Source of the DNA: an uncultured virus (IMG/VR IMGVR_UViG_3300035208_000846)
Taxonomy: Duplodnaviria > Heunggongvirae > Uroviricota > Caudoviricetes
Virus record (IMG/VR): IMGVR_UViG_3300035208_000846
Length of the DNA: 64,000 bases
Reading direction: 5' to 3' (one strand)
Both the position numbers and the translations under genes were made by a program. Positions 54,048-63,707 of this stretch are shown here, one piece after another. The stretch's first letter is position 1. Each line of letters starts with the position of its first letter. Under the pieces are notes generated by a model. That model was given only the letters and a program-made list of their open reading frames with translations, was not told the DNA's origin and ran no database searches.

Positions 54048-54349
54048 TTAATCCTCTAGAAACTTGTGGTCAAGTCCGACCTGTTCGATGTCAGCGAGTA
54101 TCGCGACGGCTTCTTGCAACTCGGCTTGCAGCCGCTCGATCTCAGCCTCCAGCCGCTCGATCTCAGCCTCCAGCCGCTCGATCTCGGCCGCCTGTACCAC
54201 CAGCCTCCGTTTCGCGTCGCACAAGGCGTCGTGGATCACGCACACCACTCGCAAGTGAAATTCACGTCGGGCTCGCACTGGCACCCATTGACTAGGTGTG
54301 TTGTGTCTGCCAGCTCGATCACCGCATCAAGTTCGCTGTATTCGCTCAT
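54048..54349 (-). pseudogene. small coiled-coil gene apparently split by a 2-nt frameshift
   Basis: MSEYSELD...CQCEPDVNFTCEWC continues as VIHDALCDAK... in another frame at ~54243. Confidence 0.45.
54129..54189. repeat. 21-bp tandem repeat (about 3 copies) encoding AEIERLE heptads
   Basis: CAGCCGCTCGATCTCAGCCTC repeated. Confidence 0.85.
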
Positions 54350-54525
54350 CGTTTCACCTTTCGTTTGGTTGTGTCGCCGCACTCAAGCATCAATTCCAAA
54401 TTCGCAATCCATGCACGCATGGTGCTGGCCTCCGTTTCCAGCCGCTTGATCTCCTCTGCCTGTACCCTGATGGTTGCGTGCAGTTCAGCCACCCGGAGAA
54501 CAGTCTCAGGTGTTATGTCAGTCAT
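54346..54525 (-). CDS. small coiled-coil protein
   Basis: MTDITPETVLRVAEL..., paralogous to MADITPDTVHRVAEL at 55283. Confidence 0.55.
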   Translation of the reverse strand: MTDITPETVLRVAELHATIRVQAEEIKRLETEASTMRAWIANLELMLECGDTTKRKVKR

Positions 54526-55031
54526 CGTTCACCACCTCCACAAACTGCCGGCAGCGGACACGGCCAGGAAGTTTGAGCAGGTCGGCGCTGTGCTTGCTGT
54601 CGTGGTAGCTCACATGGCCGTCCTCGTACTCGTTCCGCCAGAGTTCGGTGGGTGCCACGCGGTAATCGCACCCTGCGAAATTCCAGACCGGCTCGTCGTC
54701 GTCATACCACTCCTTGCCGCCATGCGGTCGGCACTGAATCTGCTTGCCGCGTTTGGCGGCTTGCAGAACGTCGATCCTCTCGTCAAGGGTCATGCTTTCC
54801 TCCATCCTTCCTGTCGTTTCGTTTTCGCCCGCGCTGCACTGTACTCCGGCAGTGGGAGCCGACAACCGTATGCAACACGGTACAGGCAGCACGCGCTGTA
54901 ATCGCCAGTGTTGCGCGAGCCGGCCAGCGTCGCGTCTCGAATCCTGTATAACCCTGGCTCGAAACACCGCCGGCCGATACACTCAGCATCGAGGAAGTTG
55001 TACTCGTGCTTGTCGCATTTTTTGCGGTAGA

Positions 55032-55283
55032 TCATTTCACCTTCATCTTGTCGATCTCCTTGTCAACCGCGTCATCTACGGTGCGGCCGGTCGCGTACAT
55101 CGCGCGGAAACGATAGCTATTTTCTCCGTCCATTTTCGGCGAGAGCGTCTGCGCAAGTTCGGAACGCACGTAACGCCACCGTCGAGCGTCGGCTTGCAGC
55201 CGCTCGATCTCGGCTACCTGCGCCCTGACGGCTTCTTGCAGCTCGGCTACCCGGTGAACGGTGTCAGGCGTGATGTCAGCCAT
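55032..55283 (-). CDS. small coiled-coil protein
   Basis: MADITPDT...DARRWRYVR...VDDAVD. Confidence 0.6.
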   Translation of the reverse strand: MADITPDTVHRVAELQEAVRAQVAEIERLQADARRWRYVRSELAQTLSPKMDGENSYRFRAMYATGRTVDDAVDKEIDKMKVK

Positions 55284-55563
55284 CCCTCTCCCCCCTTTGC
55301 TCGAAATGCACGCAGCCGAACATCGGACCAGTCTGAAACATCGCATCATACCCTTCAGAGTCCGAGTAACTCAGTTCGTCGTTCTCAGGTGGCGGCAGGT
55401 CGTCATCGCCCCAACTGCGATCAACAAACTTCTCGCACAGACACGTTCCATGCCCTGGCTTCGGCCAATGCCCAAGATTCACATTCTCCCACGTGACCCA
55501 ATAGGTTCCGCGTGGCGCCTTCTTGTGCGGCTTCCAAAACGCGCAGTCTTTGCATCTATTCAT
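55276..55563 (-). CDS. Cys-motif hypothetical protein
   Basis: CKDCAFW...TGPMFGCVHF. Confidence 0.6.
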   Translation of the reverse strand: MNRCKDCAFWKPHKKAPRGTYWVTWENVNLGHWPKPGHGTCLCEKFVDRSWGDDDLPPPENDELSYSDSEGYDAMFQTGPMFGCVHFEQRGERDG

Positions 55564-55572
55564 TGTTTCACC

Positions 55573-55983
55573 TCAGTTCTCCCTTAGGTACTTACTCCAC
55601 CAGCCGCGTTCTCCCCGCATGATGGCGTCCCACTCCTTGTCCGCTTGCGCCATGCCCCACCCCATACCAACATCGGGATTGGAATCGTGCCATGCAATCA
55701 GTAGGCACTTTATCACTTTCCGCAATCGCTGAATCTCGGCTTCCCTCTTCCTTAATAGGGCCGCCAGCACAACCACGGCGTCGATCGGACAGCCGCTTCC
55801 AGGATCGCCAGTGACTTTTGTGCGCCAATCCACAACGGCATCCGTGACTCGCTGCATCCAGTCCCGCAGCCGCTCGATCTCACCCTCCAGCCATTCGACG
55901 TATTCCGGCGAGTAGTATTCGACGGAGACTCCTCCGGCAAGAGTCTCGCGCCGGATGCGTGTGCCAGTGAAATTAGCCATCAC
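55573..55983 (-). CDS. hypothetical protein
   Basis: GGAGG RBS; EYVEWLE. Confidence 0.55.
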   Translation of the reverse strand: MMANFTGTRIRRETLAGGVSVEYYSPEYVEWLEGEIERLRDWMQRVTDAVVDWRTKVTGDPGSGCPIDAVVVLAALLRKREAEIQRLRKVIKCLLIAWHDSNPDVGMGWGMAQADKEWDAIMRGERGWWSKYLREN

Positions 55984-56107
55984 TCACCTCCAAATCAGTT
56001 GCATTAGTCCAGCCACCGCATACGCCATCCAGGCGCCGGCGACCATCACGATCCAGTCGAGCTGGTCGTCATGGTTGGCGGGGAGCCAGCGGTAGCGGCG
56101 TAGGAAG

Positions 56108-56425
56108 TCACGGTTGGTCATCGGTAGGCTCCACGAGGCGGACGATCTCAAGTCCGCCGGCATACGAGCTCGCCCTCAGCGCGGCATCCTCGCGTGTGGC
56201 GTGAAGCATGTACGGTTTGCCGTCACGTCGGAATGTCGCCCACACCTCGCGTAACTTGCAGACGACGCGGTATTCACCAGCGAACACGAAGCGAAGCCAC
56301 AGATATTCGTCGCTGGCTTTCTGCCGAAATTCGATCTCCGCCTCCCTACCGGCTTCAATCGCCGTGATCGTCTCGCAGAGAGCGTTGCGGAGTTGTTTCA
56401 TGGCGGTCAGTTTGTCGTCGTTCAT
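56108..56425 (-). CDS. hypothetical protein
   Basis: 105 aa, GAGGAGG RBS. Confidence 0.55.
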   Translation of the reverse strand: MNDDKLTAMKQLRNALCETITAIEAGREAEIEFRQKASDEYLWLRFVFAGEYRVVCKLREVWATFRRDGKPYMLHATREDAALRASSYAGGLEIVRLVEPTDDQP

Positions 56426-56624
56426 CTGTCAGTCCTCCTCGTCGTAAACGGAATCCATGCCGCTGCCGAACGCCTCGTCGATGCAGGGTTTGCACTCGTC
56501 TACGTAGATCGTTGTCACACCTGTTACGCTGTCCGTGCTGACGCGCTTCTGCCGAAGTTCCGTGTCGCAGTAATGGCAGCGGATGATGATGTCGGGGTTC
56601 ATTTCAGACTCTCCTTCAGGCATG

Positions 56625-56677
56625 AAAAAACCCCCGCCGGCCTGCCGTGGAATTGAGACACGGCGAACCGACGGGGG
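56625..56677 (-). terminator. intrinsic terminator downstream of the integrase
   Basis: GC-rich interrupted hairpin followed by T6 on the minus strand. Confidence 0.65.
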
Positions 56678-56717
56678 GCGGTGCCGCGACGACGAGCCGC
56701 GGCGGCCGTACTGCTAT

Positions 56718-57587
56718 TCAGACAACTCGCGGCAGAACGCCGACGAGACTGTGACCGCAGAATCGCGGGTCGATGTATCGACGTGTCATCGACTCGCGCG
56801 TATGGCCGAGAGCCTGTCGTGCCAGGTCGAGCGAACCATTGGCAGCGGCTAGCGTGGCGGTTGTGCGTCTCAGAGCGTGGAATGCGTGGTAGCGGTCGGT
56901 CGGCAATCCGGCGCGTCCGACAATCCGCTTTAACGCCGCAAATAACTGCCGGTGCTGGTACGGCCAGGGAAATATTGGCTCGCCATTCCAGCCCATTGCG
57001 TGGATCGTCTCCAGCGCCTCTTGCGGCAATTGCACGAGTTGGCCGAAGGCGGTCTTGGCATCTGCACTCACAAGACGCATCCAGCCGGTCGTTCTGTCCA
57101 GGTCGGCTTGCTGAACGCTGATGAGTGCCGAGATACGAGCCCCCGACCAATACAGGCAGAGAATCACGGCTCGCCACCAGGCGGCCTTGGGAATCGCCGT
57201 CCCGCGAATCATCGCACGCTCGAACCGGCAGGAGTCGAGAATCGCGGCCACCTGCTCCAGTGTTAGAGCGATTGGCGGGTCGTAGGGTATCGCCACTCGC
57301 GGCACTTCGGCGTCTCGCGGGTCTTCGCTGGTGAGTTTCCTCCGCCAGGCGAAATGCCAGAGAGTAAGAATGTCTCCCCGCTCGCGGCGAACCGTCCGCG
57401 GGGAGACCTGCCCCAGTCGAGAGGCGAGACAGTTTAGGAAGGTGGTTTCGCTGAAGTCCGCAACAGTCGGAGTGCGGCCGAGATGCTTTGCGAAGGCTCG
57501 GACAGAGTACCGGAGTTGATCGGCCGAAGAGGCTTTCAGTTGCGGGCGGTAGAGCTTGTAGAGTGATATAAGCGCATACAAATCCAC
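56718..57587 (-). CDS. int: tyrosine recombinase / integrase
   Basis: SGARISA (R), AKT (K), FHALRRT (HxxR), LGH, RRY; GGAGG RBS before the GTG at 57587. Confidence 0.9.
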   Translation of the reverse strand: MDLYALISLYKLYRPQLKASSADQLRYSVRAFAKHLGRTPTVADFSETTFLNCLASRLGQVSPRTVRRERGDILTLWHFAWRRKLTSEDPRDAEVPRVAIPYDPPIALTLEQVAAILDSCRFERAMIRGTAIPKAAWWRAVILCLYWSGARISALISVQQADLDRTTGWMRLVSADAKTAFGQLVQLPQEALETIHAMGWNGEPIFPWPYQHRQLFAALKRIVGRAGLPTDRYHAFHALRRTTATLAAANGSLDLARQALGHTRESMTRRYIDPRFCGHSLVGVLPRVV

Positions 57588-57787
57588 GATGTCCTCCGTG
57601 CTGCCGATCTGCCCGCAACGAAAGCCTAGCTTCCATTTTTGGCAGGTCAAATGCGCAGCCGAACATGCACATCGTGGGAATCCATTTCCCGGCACATCCA
57701 TGCAGCGGCCATCAATGACCACTCCATAACACCGGGAATCTCGACCGGGTTGCACCCGCCGAGTGCGGCCAGCGAGCCGCGTCAGAA

Positions 57788-57842
57788 GGTGCTTATTTTT
57801 GGTATAAGCACCATGTTAGCAAATATCTGCCGATCCTGTCAA
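57788..57842 (-). promoter_or_regulatory. putative integrase promoter with a downstream 9-bp inverted repeat
   Basis: TTGACA, 18 nt spacer, TAACAT; GGTGCTTAT / ATAAGCACC. Confidence 0.5.
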
Positions 57843-57888
57843 GCAGATTTCAGGGAACCAGAGAAAGTTTCCCTAAGTGCAGACTGCA

Positions 57889-58089
57889 CTAAGACTTGCG
57901 TCCGATCCACTTTGGGTTTCCCATCGGTGGAGGCGTGAATTTGCGAACGTCCTCGTCGCGGATCAGCCAGGATTTGCCGATTCGGATAGCCGGCAGCATC
58001 CCCATTCTGATGTAGCGACAGACGTTTCCGTGGCTACGGCCGATGATTTCGGCTGCTTGCGTGACGGTGTGGTATCCTTCGAGAGCCAT
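57889..58089 (-). CDS. xis: excisionase-like HTH protein
   Basis: HTVTQAAEIIG...YIRMGMLPAIRIGKSWLI. Confidence 0.75.
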   Translation of the reverse strand: MALEGYHTVTQAAEIIGRSHGNVCRYIRMGMLPAIRIGKSWLIRDEDVRKFTPPPMGNPKWIGRKS

Positions 58090-58202
58090 GATGCACATGA
58101 CTATATTGTAGCAGTCATTCGTCAAGATACAATAGTTTGTGGCTGGCTGTACCATGGGATAAGCGCCCATCCGGTCCTTACGGATGCCGGCAACCAGCCA
58201 AA

Positions 58203-58255
58203 TGCGGGAAGGGGGATTTGAACCCCCACCTTCGAGCGAAGACTAGGCCCTCAAC
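58203..58255 (-). other. putative attP core: 3' half of tRNA-Leu(GAG)
   Basis: Minus strand TTGAGGG-CCTAG, variable-arm hairpin, GGGGG-TTCAAAT-CCCCC, TTCCCGCA; no D-arm or 5' half. Confidence 0.75.
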
Positions 58256-58571
58256 GAACCGTGCTTTTCGGCGTGTTTAGGAGCGAAACATAGCGCGGTT
58301 TTCGAGAAGAACGCCAGGACTTGAACGATCGGCCGATTTTCATAGACTGACGGGTGAGCCTGTTTCCCATCTTGGTCCCCGGGGGCGCGGTCGAACAGGC
58401 CGCGCCCCCGGTCCTTTTGGAGCCGAGTCATGCCGAAAGAAATCAAAGGTCGAAAACTCACGGCCAAGGACCACCGCCAATGGCGCAAGGTGAACGAGTC
58501 CGCCGGGCCAGCCGCTGCGACCGCCGCCGTGAAGAAGTCCATCGCCAAACGATCGAGGAAAAAGTGATCCA

Positions 58572-58833
58572 TATGCACTGCACACGATGCGACGGTACTG
58601 GATTCCTGAACGCCGATCAACTCCCGGAGGGATTGCTCGACGCAGTCGGCTACGACGGAGTCCTCGACTGGATTGACCGCCAACCTGCCGGCGAGACAGA
58701 CGCGGCTGTCTGCGACTGCTGCGGAGACGGTGAGGGCTGGTATGGCACCCCAGGCGAGCACTATGGGCCGGACGATCCACCTGGAGACCGTGGGCCTTAT
58801 GCGAATAACGGCGGCTTGTGCAAGTGCCATTGA
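58572..58833 (+). CDS. hypothetical protein with CxxCxGxG motifs
   Basis: CTRCDGTG ... CDCCGDG; start approximate. Confidence 0.55.
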
Positions 58834-59264
58834 GACAAGAAGGAAGAAGTAACATGATCCCCGACGACGTTCTCACCCTCCTCTCGACGACCAGCGACCC
58901 GAAGATCATCAAGATTTGGTTCCCGACGCTGATCCGCGAAATCCGGGAACTCCAAAAGCGCGTCAACCCGCCGGTCGTGTACGTTGACGCTTCCCTCCCA
59001 TCGGAGTCAGAACCATGCAAGACGACCGACAAACCCCCGGCTGGATCGTCGTCCTGATCTTCTTTGCCATCCTGATCGGGATCGCGAAGTTCGCCGACCT
59101 GACCGGATGCCACTCGGCCAACAACGGCCTCTGGGAAGAGGATGTCAGCTCCCAGTACGGGATATGACTCACACCATGTTTGACGGTAGCGGAATCATCG
59201 TCTGGACTATCATTCTGGGCTTTCTGATAATCCTGATCGACGACCTCACTGACAGGAAGCCGCC

Positions 59265-59456
59265 ATGCTGACCCGCCGCTCGTTCATCGCCACAATCGCC
59301 GGCCTCCCAATCCTCGGCAGGATATTCCGCAAGGAACCCGAGAAGCTGCCCTGGAAGGCGTGGGTAGTCAAGACAAAGAGGATACGTCTGTCGGACCTGC
59401 CAAAACTCTACCATCTCGAAGGGCAATCAGGCTGGAAACGAACAGGTAGGCCGTGA
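59265..59456 (+). CDS. small protein with a twin-arginine-like N-terminus
   Basis: MLTRRSFIATIAGLPILG. Confidence 0.5.
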   Translation: MLTRRSFIATIAGLPILGRIFRKEPEKLPWKAWVVKTKRIRLSDLPKLYHLEGQSGWKRTGRP

Positions 59457-59686
59457 TGGGACACTGTAAAAACTGCCGCCACTGGACAGGCAACGAATGG
59501 CCTCGCTGCACATGCGACAAGTTCGTCTGGGATGACGGCGAAGTTGATGTCCCACAAGACGGCGTTTTGATCGCGCGGGCAGTCGCCGACCAGCCATACA
59601 TCCTCACCGCCCCAGGGTTCGGTTGTTTCCACTTCTCATCCCGTCGGAAATACATCGAAGAACTCAACACCGGCACCGGCAACTAG
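59453..59686 (+). CDS. Cys-motif hypothetical protein
   Basis: CKNCRHW...TAPGFGCFHF. Confidence 0.6.
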   Translation: MMGHCKNCRHWTGNEWPRCTCDKFVWDDGEVDVPQDGVLIARAVADQPYILTAPGFGCFHFSSRRKYIEELNTGTGN

Positions 59687-60760
59687 CCGACTCTCTGCCG
59701 TGAATCCTATGCCCCCCATAAGTGCGGAAAATACGCAAGTCACAGATACACAACGACTTGCGTAAATCACGCCTTCTTCCCTACGGTGGGCACTTGGCAT
59801 TTTCCAACGCCTTTATAAACAAAAGGGGGGTATAACTCGCCCCAGATACCGCCTCAAAGCCCCCGTTTTCCCTCTCGAAAAGCTACTCCCCCCAGTAACC
59901 AATAACCACCGAGAGTCAGAAAGAAAGAGAGTCGAGAAGGAAGAAACTCACCAGACACAACACAGTGACATAAAAGGTACATAAACCGAACGACAAATGA
60001 CGGGATTTGTGTACCTTCATGCCAAACGACACCCACTCCAAACACCAAAAAACATGGGTAGGGAACCTAGAAGAAGAAACCCATCGAACCCCTCGGGGGC
60101 GGGGCGTCAATGGTGGGTTCTGGCATGGTCGGGTTCCAGTCGCCGGGTTCTGGTAGTGTACCTAAGAACAATTCTCATAACGACTTACGTCGATTCCCCT
60201 GTTTGTGTTCACCCCGACCTTCATTCCCTTCCGCTCACCTGTTCCTCTCTGTTTTCCCCTGATTTCCCGCTGATTCTGCGGTTCTTCCTCCGTCTTTCCT
60301 TCCTGTTGATCCTCTCTTCTGTTCTCCCTCTGGTGGTTACAGGGGGTATCTGGTGGTCGGGAGCGATTGTTGAGCGGCGCCGGGCTGTTCCTGCGATCTT
60401 CCATGCTGCCGATCTCACTGGTGGGCGACCTGCCTGTCGAGCGCCGGCTTTCGTTGCAGTCGGCGGCGGGTGGCGACCCGGCTCTTGTTGGGCGTCGTCT
60501 CTTGTCTCTTCTTCTCTGACTGATTGACGGCAGGTGGGATGGCTTTTCGAGTAGACGAAGGGCAGGTCGAGATTGGCTTGCGGTTCCGACTCCGTTCTTT
60601 CTCCCGGCTCCCCCTCCGGCGGGATTGTCTCGGCAATCGCCGTAACTTGGTTAATGGTGCCGAGTTATGAATCGAGTCTCATTCGCCCAATTGTCCAGCC
60701 CGGATAATTCTCGGTTTCCCCCTGTTTTTTGCGGGATCTAGGCCCAATCGAGAACCGATG

Positions 60761-60789
60761 TTGACAAGTATCGGGCGAGATGCTAAAAT
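60761..60789 (+). promoter_or_regulatory. near-consensus sigma70 early promoter
   Basis: TTGACA, 17 nt spacer, TAAAAT, ahead of the plus-strand gene run. Confidence 0.8.
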
Positions 60790-60835
60790 GCTAGTGTTCG
60801 AGGGGAAACCAGGCAACCAAGATCAGGAGTGAATC

Positions 60836-61021
60836 ATGCGACCAATCCAAGCGACCGTCCTTTCGACTGACAATGGAATCCTCGTTCGCGTGCGACGCGG
60901 GTATCGTGCCGAATCGCTGTACGGACGGACCATCCCGGAGGGGCTGAAGTATGGAGATCGGGTGCTTGTCCGTCGCGAACGGAACAATCCGTTCCTCGTT
61001 TACGTCGGAAGGCCGGAGTGA
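60836..61021 (+). CDS. hypothetical protein
   Basis: AGGAG RBS, first gene after the promoter. Confidence 0.55.
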   Translation: MRPIQATVLSTDNGILVRVRRGYRAESLYGRTIPEGLKYGDRVLVRRERNNPFLVYVGRPE

Positions 61022-61095
61022 ATGCCAGGTCGGCCCGGCGGCCCACAACACGCCCCATCCCGGGAATGATGGGGCAACCACGAAGGAGTGGAACC

Positions 61096-61371
61096 GTGAT
61101 AGCAGAAGACAAAGCCTGGGAGTCCGAAACGCTCGCCTTCGTTATCGACGGTCGGGCGTACACAATCGCTGACTTCCGCCGGATAACCGATCGGCTGTTT
61201 AATCCGGAGGATTGGAAAGCGCCTTGGGCGGCGCTTGTTCCATACGATCTGGTGGCCGCAGCGATTGCCGCAACAGAGTGGTTCCACGCCGATCGGCCGA
61301 CAATCGTGGGAATCGAGCCGGCGCCGGGAACCGGCCGCGTGATACTTCGCGGCAATGGGTATCAAGCGTAG
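61096..61371 (+). CDS. hypothetical protein
   Basis: AAGGAG RBS before the GTG; DWKAPW...AATEWF...GNGYQA. Confidence 0.55.
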   Translation: MIAEDKAWESETLAFVIDGRAYTIADFRRITDRLFNPEDWKAPWAALVPYDLVAAAIAATEWFHADRPTIVGIEPAPGTGRVILRGNGYQA

Positions 61372-61444
61372 TTCAACAAGTCGGCCCCGCGATTGCCTCA
61401 ACAATCGCGGGGCCAGGTCAACCCTGAAACGGAGGGTAAAACCG

Positions 61445-62092
61445 ATGCAATTGTACGAACAATACCGGCCGGCGTCATGGTCGGAAGTAGTCGGCCAGGA
61501 CAAGACCTTGGCCAAACTCGACTTGCTCCGTCCCCGCGGCCTGGGCGGCCGCGCATATTGGCTTTCCGGCCAGTCGGGCACCGGAAAAACGACCATTGCC
61601 CGGCTCATTGCCGCTGAGCTTGCCGACCCAATCCACATTGAAGAGATCGACGCAACGGACCTGACCCCCTCGCGATTGCGTGAACTGGAGCGTGGATTGC
61701 AATTGCGGGGGTTTGGCAAAGGTGGCAAGGCGGTCATCGTCAATGAGGCGCACGGGCTGCGCCGGGATTCAATCCGGCAATTGCTGGTCCTATTGGAGCG
61801 ATTGCCCGGGCACGTCGCTTTTATTTTCACCACCACTTGCGACGGGCAGGATGATCTGTTCGAGGAAAAAATCGACGCCCATCCGCTCTTGTCGCGTTGC
61901 GTCGATCTTCCCCTATCACGGCGTGACCTGGCGAAAGCCTTTGCGGAACGTGCCCAGTCCATCGCTCGACAAGAGGGGATGGACGGCAGGCCGCTGGAAG
62001 CGTATGTCAAGCTCGCCGAAAAACACCGTAACAACCTCCGGGCAATGCTCCAAGACATTGAATCCGGCGCGATGAGGGGGACGGAATCATGA
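61445..62092 (+). CDS. clamp-loader-clade AAA+ ATPase (DnaX/RarA-like)
   Basis: [33 protein letters not shown]. Confidence 0.82.
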   Translation: MQLYEQYRPASWSEVVGQDKTLAKLDLLRPRGLGGRAYWLSGQSGTGKTTIARLIAAELADPIHIEEIDATDLTPSRLRELERGLQLRGFGKGGKAVIVNEAHGLRRDSIRQLLVLLERLPGHVAFIFTTTCDGQDDLFEEKIDAHPLLSRCVDLPLSRRDLAKAFAERAQSIARQEGMDGRPLEAYVKLAEKHRNNLRAMLQDIESGAMRGTES

Positions 62093-62409
62093 TGAGCAAG
62101 CAAGAGGAAATCGACCTGATCCGCGCCTTTGTGGCGGATTCCGTCCCCCGCAATAGCTATCTTGCAACGCTGCTTGCGGAAATACCGGCAGAGTGCGAAA
62201 AGCTAATCCGCTCTGACCTGGCATGGCCGCTATCCGTTGCTGCGAATCATGAAGCACGGCTGGCGGCCGACGCTGAGCTTGAATCGGTACAGAAAAAGAC
62301 TCGGGAAGCGAGCCGGGAGCTTGCCAAGCTGCAAGTCGCAATTGACCGAGCATCGTCAACCCTAAAGGAACTGCGGGATAGCGCCCGCAAGATCGCTGCA
62401 ACCACCTGA
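62089..62409 (+). CDS. coiled-coil hypothetical protein
   Basis: 106 aa, coupled. Confidence 0.6.
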   Translation: MMSKQEEIDLIRAFVADSVPRNSYLATLLAEIPAECEKLIRSDLAWPLSVAANHEARLAADAELESVQKKTREASRELAKLQVAIDRASSTLKELRDSARKIAATT

Positions 62410-62421
62410 AAGGAAAAAACC

Positions 62422-62607
62422 ATGATGATCGTTGAATGGTCACCCGAAATGGGCGTGTTCGTTGTCGATTACAAAGGCCGGCAAACGATCGTTTCGCCGG
62501 ATGAGCTACACGGAAAATATGCCGGATGCCGCCAGATATTCGAGCAAGCCCGCCAAGCGGTCGAATCCGGTAGGGCAGTATTGGGAGTTCACGCAGACCT
62601 AGAATAA
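62422..62607 (+). CDS. hypothetical protein
   Basis: AAGGA RBS. Confidence 0.55.
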   Translation: MMIVEWSPEMGVFVVDYKGRQTIVSPDELHGKYAGCRQIFEQARQAVESGRAVLGVHADLE

Positions 62608-62619
62608 GGAGCAAACAGC

Positions 62620-62820
62620 ATGAAAACGGAATCAAAACAACCCCGATTGCCTCGCGCCATTCTGGAAGGCATTGAATACCTTACCGCACAGGCCTATGCG
62701 GAGGTGTTCAACCTGCTCGATTGGCAAGCCACGATCTCGGGCGACGAAGCAGGCCGAATCGCCACGCTCTGCGAAGATGTCGTCCGCAAGGAGCTTACAA
62801 AACTTTGGGAGTGCGACTGA
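62620..62820 (+). CDS. hypothetical protein
   Basis: AAGGAG RBS. Confidence 0.55.
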   Translation: MKTESKQPRLPRAILEGIEYLTAQAYAEVFNLLDWQATISGDEAGRIATLCEDVVRKELTKLWECD

Positions 62821-63362
62821 TGAAAGTTACCGTCAATTTCCACGAGTGCTCGTTTCGATTCACTGAGAAACCGCCCGCCGAGGTATTGCAGGCCCTCAAG
62901 GCACACGGCTTCCGTTGGCAGCCGATCTCCCAATGCTGGATGCGGCCCAAAGGTTGGCGCGGTCTGCCGAACAACTTTGGGGATTGGCTCGTCGCGAAAG
63001 CCGAGGGTAAAGAAGTCCCGCTAATCAATCGCTGGCCGTGACCGCTCCCCGAGAACTAACCCTGAACCGCAAAGGACAATGAATCATGTACATCTACCGC
63101 GCCATTCAACGCGATACCAGATGGATACCGCCTCGCGAAACGGAACACGAATTCCCGACTGAAGAGGAAACCGTCAAGTGGTTGCAGGAACACGGCGGGG
63201 GCATTTACCGAAACATCCTACACAGCTTTGACTGCGAGATAAAGCCGCAACCGTCATGACCGCTCCCCGAGGAACAGCCCCGAACCGCGCACCCGGGTTT
63301 CGCCACCGGGCGGGGCTCTTGCCGGACCTGCTGTAGGGCCGGCGTCAGCGACACCGGAAGGA

Positions 63363-63707
63363 GTGAAAACCATGAAAGCCATCAAGACAACAATCCTCGC
63401 GCCCACCGATCGACTCGGAACCCGAATCAAGGCAACCGATGAGGACGGCAACGCCGTAATCCTGCCTTACCGCCACGAATTGCGCGACGACGAGAACCAC
63501 GCCCGGGCGGCAACGGCACTCTGCGAAAAGATCGGGTGGGATGGGGAACTATGTGGCGGTTCGCTCAAGCATGGCATGGTCTGGGTGTTTATCAGCCCTA
63601 GCACGCCCTGCATTAGCGTTGAAGTTCAATCAGACCGAAAGGCAACCCATGAAACTCTACGAAATCGCTCGACAAGCGTTGGCTACGGCCGACGCTCGGC
63701 TCGCTGA
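63363..63707 (+). CDS. hypothetical protein
   Basis: PTDRLGTRIKA...NHARAA motif; AAGGAG RBS. Confidence 0.6.
   Translation: MKTMKAIKTTILAPTDRLGTRIKATDEDGNAVILPYRHELRDDENHARAATALCEKIGWDGELCGGSLKHGMVWVFISPSTPCISVEVQSDRKATHETLRNRSTSVGYGRRSAR

Noticed and set aside
56599..57672. 357-aa alternative-frame ORF over the integrase
   Set aside because: Arg/Ser/Ala-rich with no motifs; the catalytic residues are in the other frame.
58203..58290. Complete tRNA gene
   Set aside because: The 5' acceptor strand, D-arm and 5' anticodon stem are missing.
59854..60636. Several short ORFs in the skewed region
   Set aside because: Compositionally biased translations without RBS or motifs.
61000..62103. 367-aa minus-strand ORF
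   Set aside because: Shadow of the plus-strand AAA+ gene.
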